This document shows positions 53,817 to 64,000 of a DNA stretch of 64,000 bases, one piece after another; within the stretch, counting starts at the first letter, position 1, and every line of letters starts with the position of its first letter. Location of the stretch: positions 119,040,001 through 119,104,000 of the forward strand of contig NC_042998.1 in NCBI RefSeq assembly GCF_006345805.1. Direction: 5' to 3'. The position numbers were made by a program, and so were the translations under genes. This DNA comes from Octopus sinensis (taxonomy: Eukaryota). Below the pieces are notes generated by a model, which worked only from the letters and a program-made list of their open reading frames with translations, was not told the DNA's origin and did no database searches.

Positions 53817-56093
53817 ACTTAGAGGCTTCGTCGTTGTGACGACAGTTATGTGTATTTTCGGTAGGGCAATGGAAGGTTGTCTAGGATAAAGTTGAAGAGT
53901 GGTAATGAGAAGAAATGTTTTAAAGATATATTAATGATGCTGCATTCAACAACTTCTTAATTGAAACTTCCTTTTTAGTTAGAGAAAGAAAACAAAAAAC
54001 TAGCGGCAATTCTTTGCAACTCTCAAAGAAAAGGGGAGATAATTTCAAGAAATTAATTATCAACTATTAAATAATTAGTCAGCTAACTTTTAATGTTGCT
54101 ATTGTGTTACTCTAACTGGGCAGGTGTAAGATCAAATGCATTTCAATCATAATTTTCTCGTAATTTTTTCCATACACATTTAGATTATATTAACTAAAAT
54201 GCTTTTGCTTTCTTGACAGAGTAGGGTGTAAGTGGAGTTCCTGTAACTATGAAAAGACGCTCACGTTGGTTGTTAATGTTTTGTGTTGTCCTTTAGAAAG
54301 ATTTATAGGATTTTATACATGAGTATGGAACTAATAAATATTTGAGGACTAACGTCAATAGTGTTTAGATTAAAGCGTCTTAGAGTTTTTCTTTGTTTTG
54401 GTTATTTTTTATTTTCTACCGTTAGGGAAAAAAACGTCTATGTGGACACCGACTTACTGAAAATATCAGCAAAATGTTTCTCAAGCAATTGCGTACTCCC
54501 TCATAAAGGAGAAAAAATTGCGCAAATGAATTTTATTAAGTTTTGTTGTTCCATTCTTTAAAGCCAAATCAATTTTGATCTAGTAGCACTTTGAATACAG
54601 ATATTTCAGCTGTTAGCCTCCACCATTTTTTATTTATTTATTTATCTATTTATTTTTGCATTTAATGTACAGAAGATTACTTTACCTAACACGTCCTTCC
54701 TTTTTATTCAGATAGTATTGTGTAATGTAATTGAAATTTTATATGTTTATATTACTTCTTATTTTTATATATATATATAACGTAAAAGTTCTCTCATTGA
54801 CTTGGTCCTTTTTAATGGTTAACATTATGTCAGCCCTAGTTAAGCACAGCTTTTAAACTGACTTTTAGACATTTTCTCATATAGGTCTTGTAAAGATTGA
54901 AGGTGTGATATGAATTGACACTTTTAAGGAAGAATTAGTTGTATTTCTTTATAAACTTGTCCAACATTAATAGACAAAATAGAAAAGTTATATGGATGCA
55001 AATCATATTTTAATAAGGAAAAATAGAGAAACAAACTTCACTAATATTTAAGGGAGGGTGTAATATGTTCATCTAAGAACCACAGCTTTAAAGTACATTT
55101 TGCTTGCAATTCGTCGACTATTCGAACAGGCTGAGTGACCTCACAGATATTTCCTCATTAGTGCGTGTTGATTTCTTGTTACCATAGTTACTGTTGATGT
55201 TAATATTGATGATGGTGATGAGAGGGAAGTGAAGAAGAGCGGAAGAGAAAGAAAAAAACAAAAAGTAGGAGAAAGATATAGAATTCAATCCAACTGTGTA
55301 GGCTAAAACCTATTGACGCAGACTAGCCAATCGAAAGCTTCATTCGATTAGTATTTATCACTAAGAGTCATGTTATATTGAAGATATACTGCACTAAACT
55401 TCTCTTCAGTTATCCTAAAAGGTTGGTTCCCATCAACGCTATATTCTGCGAAAACATTGGTAGGTGGGAAAAATGCTGTTTCTATTATACCAATCATATC
55501 ATGCATAAGTAAAGTTTAAAGCCTTCCAATTAAAAAGTTGCTCTTCTAAATTCTATAGAATATAGGAAAAAATGAAGCATTTTTTTATATATTGATTATT
55601 CATGAATAGGTGGCCGTTATTTCATTCTTGACTGCTGGGAATTCATTTCCCAATGGTGGCAAACAGGGAAACATAACCTTTTCTGTTGAAGATGGTAGAT
55701 CAATCAGAAGTGAGATTCATGCAAACAAACTGAGCGAACCAAGGAAAGGCAACAAAAACACAATCTACAAAACACAATCTACAATGTTTCTTACGTTATA
55801 GTGAAAAGGAAAAAATAACACAAAGAAAAACATTTATCTCAATAAATATGCTGAAACCTAGAAACGATTGAATGAAGTTATCAACAAAATAATAATAGTT
55901 TTAAAAAATAGAAATACCAAAGAAAACTGTGGAGAAAAGTACTACGAATCATGTCATAGTTGAATAAGCATGTGTGTGATATATATGTATATACATATAT
56001 GCATGAATTTATACATACACATGTATTCAACATGCACACATACATACACACATATACACACGCACACACACACACACACATATATATATATAG

Positions 56094-56124
<31 letters not shown>

Positions 56125-56287
56125 GTGATCCACATACATAAAAAAGAATGAGATAGACATTGATTCAAAAGATTTTACTTTAACAGGAAATTGGATCACG
56201 GTAATTTTCTTTAATTTTTATGATGTTTTTTACATCCTTGCACTCAATAAATCGTTATGTGTGTGTTTGTACTTTATACACACACAA

Positions 56288-56322
<35 letters not shown>

Positions 56323-56333
56323 ATATATATATA

Positions 56334-56390
<57 letters not shown>

Positions 56391-56997
56391 GGAGGGAGAG
56401 AGACGTCACATATCATATAATATATCATATATAGATATATATATATATGCATATACATACATACAAAGAAAGACAAAGAAAGGGGGGATATCTTAATAGT
56501 ATACATTTTATTTATATTTTTCTAGTTTCTTTTGGGTGGGGAATACACAATTTTATATGTTTATATTACTTCTTATTTTTATATATATATTTTTTGCATT
56601 TATATTTGTTTCTATATTTGTTCTTTTGCTCGTTTGTTTTTTAGTGGACTGTATTTCTATGATGTTGATGTTTTCACTCATTTTATTCATTTCGTCTCTG
56701 AAATTATTCTCTGTCTAAATCACATGTAACATGTAATAGTAAATCGATTTACAATAGACAAAACATAAAAAAGTAATATGGATTGCAAAATACAATAAAG
56801 AAAGAAAATAGAACTACAATCAAATGAATTGTATATTATTACTGTTTATTTTGGCCAGACAATAGCATCTAATTTATTCCATATATACAAGAGGCTAGCG
56901 ATGGGAGAGGGATGTTGTTTTTAAAAAATAACGTATGTTTTATATCGCTGCAATTTTGATATCTATGTATTGGTGTGTGTACGTAATTATGTATGTA

Positions 56998-57067
<70 letters not shown>

Positions 57068-58631
57068 TAATGTGTGTACCTATGTATGAATATAAATATC
57101 GCCGAATAGTTAAGATCTTGCTCTCATGAGATTCAAGATTCGAAGTCCTTACGTAAGAAAGTGTCTCCTTTATAAGAATATATTCCTCCAAATTTGTTAC
57201 GGAAATAAGTTACCCAGAAAATGCGTAGAAGACAGTGAGATGGGTTTTATATGAATTTCAAAGGATCAACTGTCTTACACGAATTCTTCCTATCATTTAT
57301 ATTACGGGTACAGGAGACTGTAGACTTATAGAGACTTATAGAGACTTATAGAGTGAGCTGATAGGTCAACTGATTGTATTGCTCGCTTTATAGTAACTGT
57401 TACGTCGTTGCTGCTTTGTTCAAACTAACTCATGACGTATATCTATGAATAAAGGACCTGTACAAAGATAAAATGCATAATTACATTCACATACAAATAC
57501 ATACACATACACATACACACACACATAATACACACGCACACACACACATATACTTGTGTGTGTGTTAGTGTGTGAGTGTGTGTGTGTATTGACTATTTTT
57601 GATAGGTCAGAGTCATAAAGTGACCTAAGAGTCGCATAGCACTTATCAAGTAAGAATAAATCAGATTGATAAGTACCATGAATGAAAATTTCCATCAGTG
57701 AAATTACCGCTGATAAGAAACAATTTATGATATGTGTACTCCTATTGTGAGTTCTCTTTATCCTGTCTGTTCTGCAAAAACTATATATGTGTATATATAT
57801 ATATCTTTTAAATTCGTTTATGGTAACGTTATGGTAACGTTAGGAGTATGCAAATAAAGCTCCTATTTCTTTATACCGGCGACCGTCTAATGATACAGAC
57901 TAGTAAGTCAGTTTTTCGGTGTTGCATCATGGTTATACATGCAGTTTTTCGGAATTGCATCATGTATATATGTGTGTTTGTGTGTGTGCATGCATCATAT
58001 TTCAACAACTAAAAGGCGAACACACTGCAGTTACGTGGAGAATATATCTCTGTTATGGTAAAGAGGTGTGAAAACACCCTGTTCGTTCAGTGTTGCCATC
58101 TATTAGAAATCCCAGACACGATGTTTCAAGCTTCTTGACTCTTGTGAATGAGATGTACCCAAGACAGGCAACTCTGAACAAACTTATAAAGCCATAGCTT
58201 TAATGTATAATTCAGTCAAAAACGTTGACTGATTTTCGCTAGTAGATCGCCCGATCGAAGAAAATGGCAAAATGTTAGCGCTATGCAGTGTTTAGATATA
58301 AACAGCTTTTATGTTAGCTGAAATATGTTTATGGCATAAGAGATATATATTCCCCACTGTAACTGCAGTGTATTTGCCTTTTAGCACTTGAAATATATCA
58401 AACTTGAATAATGGCAAACTTCAATAGTGGCAACACCTTGATTAATGCTGCAAGGAGACTTTTGTAATCTGAAAGACATCTGGACACAAATAAAAAACAG
58501 GATACAAATGAAAATCACACTGCGAGCGATCCATGCAGTAGAAACATATGTCGGACAAAGCTTTAAATTAAATATTCTGTATAAATGACTATTATAATAA
58601 ACCATGTAGATGCATAATTCTCCTTATTTAG

Positions 58632-58660
58632 TAGAATTGTCTTGGCTACTAAGATAGATT

Positions 58661-58753
<93 letters not shown>

Positions 58754-58758
58754 TGACT

Positions 58759-58798
<40 letters not shown>

Positions 58799-58845
58799 GG
58801 CAGGCAGGCAGGCAGACAGACAGACAGACAGACAGACAGACATAC

Positions 58846-58924
<79 letters not shown>

Positions 58925-58925
58925 C
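58632..58925. repeat. (GATA)n/(GACA)n compound microsatellite
   Basis: Directly visible. Confidence 0.96.
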
Positions 58926-60235
58926 AGAGAATATTAAATGTCAGGAAATATGAATGATGAATATATTTATTTCACCAGTTAATAACCGTCGGATGAAGGT
59001 CGTTTCGCAGCTTCATCGTGTAATAATGATTTTTATCTTAATGTATGATAAATTATTTTACATGTCTGCACTAAAATACATGCTATATATTGCATAGTAC
59101 TATTGCACATTTACAAATCAATGCAGATATGATATGCTGGCTCTTCAGATCAACAGACCTTCCTAGTTACATCAAGTTTTCAACGTTGCTAAATACATTC
59201 TTCATATATAGAATGTATAGAAGACAAATAGTTGATAAAATTTAACACATAGAGGAAGGAAAGAGATTTAGTAAGATGCTAAAAAACGGAAATGATGAGT
59301 TGTGGTGATTGAGGTGAAGATAAGAGAGAATGAGAGAGAGGGGGCAGGTAGATTTTCGTTTATAAGATTGAGAGAATGATAATTGAGGGAGAAAAGAATG
59401 AAACTTATAAGAATGAGAGAAAGGTATAGAGATACTGTGTTTATGAAATATAGAGAGTAATGTCAACAAGAGAGAGAATAGAGTGAAAGTTATAAATAAT
59501 GAAAGAGGGGGAAAACGTGTGATAGATTAAAATCATTTGATTTAATATGGTGAATCGAAGGGTTAACAGAAGAAAAATAGTCAGATAAAATTATTTTGAG
59601 AGTTTATCAAATAAACATAAGCAATAAGCATAAGCAAACGGATAAGACAGCTGGAGGTATAAAAATAAACTAAGAGTTAGTTTAGAACAATGGTTAGTAT
59701 CAAACAGGGTTAAAGTTTAAATTGCCTCCGGATGTAAAGTGTCCAAATAAACTATATTGAGAAGTCAACATGAATATCAAGGGGGTAAATAACTACAATC
59801 TTTAACATCCTCAGGAAATAAAATAATGAAATAAGACCATGAAGAAGGACAATCGTAACTAAGTAGGTTTACGTTCAAACACTCATTAATCTACATATAT
59901 ACTATACAAAGATAAAACTTAAATACAAACTCAACTCAAAACTAATGTATATTAGTATGAATACATATATAGCTAAAATGTACCGAAATCACATACATAA
60001 ACAGAATATTGAAGAATCAAAATATGCACGATTGCCTGCCGCTGGCGATAACTATGATATTCTTTTATGCATCAGTTAACCACATGAGAATCTTCTCTAT
60101 TTGTAAATATTGCAGTATCTATGTGTTCTAGCGCAACATTTTGCCTTTAATTATTAATACTGCTTCTGTCACTGTATTTACATATATATATAAATACCGA
60201 CGGAGGCCTATCAATATTAAACTAATATATATTAT

Positions 60236-60269
<34 letters not shown>

Positions 60270-60475
60270 GTCCCCCAAAAAAAGAAGAACAAACACAAGG
60301 AAAAAAACAACAACGTTAGGACGAGGTGCAAGCAAAGTATTAGCAAACGCTCAGGGAAGGAAAGAAAGATAGCTTTGCGTTTCGAACAAAGCTCTTCGTG
60401 AGAAACAGGAGGGAAGTCGAAAAGGAAAGGAAGACGGAGGAAGAAAATCGCCAACGATCTATATATGGTTATATT

Positions 60476-60515
<40 letters not shown>

Positions 60516-60630
60516 CCCTTTTGTGTTTTATTTTCTTTCCCTGTATATTTCTGTGTTCTATTCTGTCGAAGAGCGTAGGCTCGAAACGTAAAATACTTTC
60601 TCACTTCCCTAGCGTTAAACTAATATATCT
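60270..60630. mobile_element. Two divergent family-A pLTR-like repeats around a (TA)n tract
   Basis: Minus copy ACGAAGAGCTTTGTTCGAAACGCA (~60372-60405); plus copy TCGAAGAGCGTAGGCTCGAAACGTA (~60566-60592). Confidence 0.6.
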
Positions 60631-60924
60631 TTTTCTTCTATTTAATTATTTATTACACAGATTTTTTTTTTTAAAACTCTTTTTTCCATCTTGCCTAACC
60701 CCTCAAATTATTTTCGGTCTCCCATCATCCTACGCTAAAAAATTATTTGAGGGTGAATCATTGTAAAATTATATGAGAGTGAATCATTGTAAAAGTGGTC
60801 GGTAACTGAAACAGTAGCTGACGACCAGCATGATATAACCTTAAATTTTCCTTTTTCTTATATTTCTTCGAACCTTGTTATCTATTTCCTTATTTCCTGA
60901 AGAAGGGGGCATTGTCAATGAGAA

Positions 60925-61320
60925 ACTAAAGGATTCATTAATGGAACACATTAATTTATTACGACAGTTACATAGAGTGGAATGATCTGTATTATTAGCA
61001 GGTATGATATGTTCTGCTTCGCTATTATCAATAGTATTGTTATTGGAATTCTGAACATCGGTATATTGATTTTTTTGTAGAAGATATACCAGGATTGTTC
61101 AGGGCGCTAGAAATTGCTATATCGGATGTACTGGTGTTAGTTGTATTCTTTTGAGCTGCACTGTTTAAGTTACTGCAGTTAAATCTGGCTAAATATTCAG
61201 CAATATTGGACATGACAGAGTATGCTAGTTTAGTTGTGTGTCTATCGAAAATTTCGTTATACGGATTAGATTTAGGGAAATATTTATCTATAGCCTGAAA
61301 AAATTTCTAGCTACATCACA
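60925..61320 (-). mobile_element. Penelope-like element coding remnant (RT-endonuclease linker, probably Neptune-type)
   Basis: KFFQAIDKYFPKSNPYNEIFDRHTTKLAYSVMSNI (cf. FLxLIDKHFP...IFNRNTVKVSYSCMPN) and LCNCRNKLMCSIN (CNC-x-CP-type Cys motif preceding GIY-YIG). Confidence 0.8.
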
Positions 61321-61665
61321 GCAAAATTTACACTGAATATTCTTAGGTAAATTTATTTTTGCTTTTATTCAGATTATACGCAATAGTGTTTAAAGTAGTT
61401 TGGTTGTAATGAGAGTTTATCGTATTATCTGAATTAAATATCTGACTATTGTATTTGTTGTGTATGTTATTGCTATTCTTATTACTTTATTTTCTGAATA
61501 CAGATGCACGTGCAATTCAATGCACCTAAATAGATATACTCCTTCTATCAATATGGGAGTGCACCAATACAGTAGTCTATAAATAGGTGCCTGTGTGTAT
61601 ATATATATGTGTGTGTGTGTGTGTGTTTGTGTGTTTATTTATATATATATATGTATGAATGTATG

Positions 61666-61697
<32 letters not shown>

Positions 61698-62213
61698 CTC
61701 CTAGCAATACATTAAGTATATAGATATTTTTTATTCTATGTTGATTCTCAATATAGTTTATTTGGACACCTGCATATATAGACCAATTCAACTTCAACCC
61801 TATTTGAAACTAATCATTGTTCTGAACTAACCCTTAGTTTATTTTTATAGCTCCCGCTGCTTATATGTATCTTATATACTCTCAAGATAATTTCATCTGA
61901 CTATTTTTCTTCTGATATTCCTTTACTGTCTTTACATTAACAAGTTCACTAAACTTGGCTCTACCACATTAATTCAAATGCTTTTACTCTACCTACCTCT
62001 GTTTCAATATTTACAACTTTCACTTTGTTCACTCTCTTGTTGCTATTACTCTATTTTATAAACACAATATATCCATACCTTTCTCTCATTCTTATAAGTT
62101 TTACTCTTATTTCCATCTATTATTATTGTCTCTATCTTATTAATGAAAACCTATCTGCTACCCTCTCTCTCACTCTCACTTTCTCTTTCACTATTTCTCT
62201 CACTCTCTCTTTC

Positions 62214-62248
<35 letters not shown>

Positions 62249-64000
62249 CTCTCTATTATCTTCACCATCTCTCTCTCGCTCGCTCTCTAATACTCTCTAT
62301 TATCTTCACCACAACTCATCATTTCCTTTTTAATATATAACTCTCTTTTCTTCTTCTTTGTAGTTAATTTAGTCTTCAGTACATAAGTCTTCCATACATT
62401 CTGTATATGAAGATGATTTCTGTATGTATTTAGCAAATTAGAAATCTTGATGTAACCAGGAAATTCTGTCGATTTGAAGAGCTAGCCTACCTTATGTGCA
62501 TTGATTTGTAAATGAACAATAGTACTATGTAGTATATAGCATACATTTTAGTGCAGACATGTAAAATAATCTATTATACACTAAAATATTTGGAGATGAT
62601 AGCAAATAAGGTTACTGATATATATAACGAAGAGTGTGAGAACAAACGTTGACGCTGTGCAGCGAGGATGTTTCTTGAATATGTGCCAGAGACAGCTTCA
62701 TCAGCAAACGCTGTTACAGTGCCTCCGATCAAAATAACGTGGATGTTATCCGAATACTCACGCGCTAGACACGATAAAGGGGTTTGATTATGTCGGGTGC
62801 AACAATGCTGTTTTATTTTATATTTCTTGTGACATTGGAAATGATTTCGACAGGCCTATATTTGGCAGCGTAAAATATTACTGTTTTTATACCATTGTTG
62901 GATGGCAGAATCGATACCTCAAACTCATACCTCCGTCTTATATGCGTCCCATAAAAAACTACCAGATGTACTTTAGCTATCTTCAATGCCAAAGAAATTA
63001 AGACCAATGCACTCTGCTCGATATAAAAGCATTTAAAGAAGGTGCAGTATTGAAGTTTTAGTTTCAAGATGGTAAAATCTCTTGTTTTCTGCCCTCTTCA
63101 CTCTCTCTGACATTCTGATAACGACAAATAATGTAATTTATTTGATGCCGTATGAGTTGCTGCTGTGATGTTCATTATTTATGAAAACGCCTCTAAGGTG
63201 GGATTGAAGTGAAATACTTGCAAATTAGACAACTAAAGCGTACTTTCGTCTCCAGTAATGCATTCTGAGGCTATTGTAATAAATAATTTGCAGTAACGAA
63301 GCAAGAAGAGAAACTTCGGTAAAGTTGAGGTTGTAAATAACCGAAAATATCATAAACTAAATATAATAGACTTCTGGATCATGAAAATAGAGAGGAACAT
63401 GAAACTTAAGACACAGGCTTTACAAATTAGCAACAGAGATATATTCTCGAAGATGAAGGAAAGTAATGAAGTTAAATATAATACGTGTAAAATCAGCTAT
63501 CCTAATGCAAACGTAATGAAGAGGGTAACGTCATAAAACTGAATAAGCTGAATGCGAAACAAAGAAATAAGTTTTGAGGACAGAGAAATAAAGGACTAAG
63601 GAATAGCTAATGAAAATTCTGTTATAACAGTTTCAGTGAAGAAAGGTGGATTTAAATAGAAGTTTAGTGGCGTCATTGTAGTGAATAAGGAATATTAAAT
63701 AGCGTGATAATGGTGCGACAATATTCGACAGAAGTTATTTGGTAACATTATAGATGTAATAACATTGGGAATAGAATATAAGAGCAGTAAATAAACGACA
63801 GTTAAACTCGCAAAGATATACTCATGAAAATGAGTAGTATTAGCAATCGGTTTAAGCGACAAACGGAGACATGTAAAAGCTGTAAATGAAAAGATATGAA
63901 TGAATGTAATTTCAAATCTTGATGGCTGCAAGAAAGATATTTCCTAATAATCAATATTTTATTAACTTAAAATAGGTTTTGACTACAGAATTTTTATCAT

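Larger units (their letters stand above)
59034..62588. repeat. Long diverged inverted repeat (arms ~59034-59778 and ~61723-62588)
   Basis: TTATTTTACATGTCTGCACTAAAAT pairs with ATTTTAGTGCAGACATGTAAAATAA; GTGTCCAAATAAACTATATTGAGAA pairs with TTCTCAATATAGTTTATTTGGACAC. Collinear similarity between these anchors. Confidence 0.85.

Overview
AT-rich, microsatellite-dense eukaryotic DNA that is intronic or intergenic. The tRNA-derived SINE families and repeat landscape resemble octopus (cephalopod) genomes, but this is inferred from memory, not from a search. No intact host protein-coding gene, rRNA, tRNA or CRISPR array can be supported; almost all listed ORFs are microsatellite artefacts. The window is mostly decayed mobile elements: a near-full-length mariner, one clear and one probable Tc1-type element, a maT-type (DD37D) element, Ac- and Charlie/Buster-type hAT remnants, RTE, Jockey/CR1-like and R4-like LINE fragments, Penelope-like (PLE) coding remnants, several SINE families and fold-back MITEs. 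The most interesting signal is a set of short non-coding units in (TA)n tracts that carry minimal type I hammerhead ribozyme motifs. The best example, at 26103-27487, resolves into a circularly permuted ~362-nt monomer arranged head-to-head, with a U3-A8 compensatory hammerhead core. It is a candidate retrozyme or PLE-mobilised circular RNA family.
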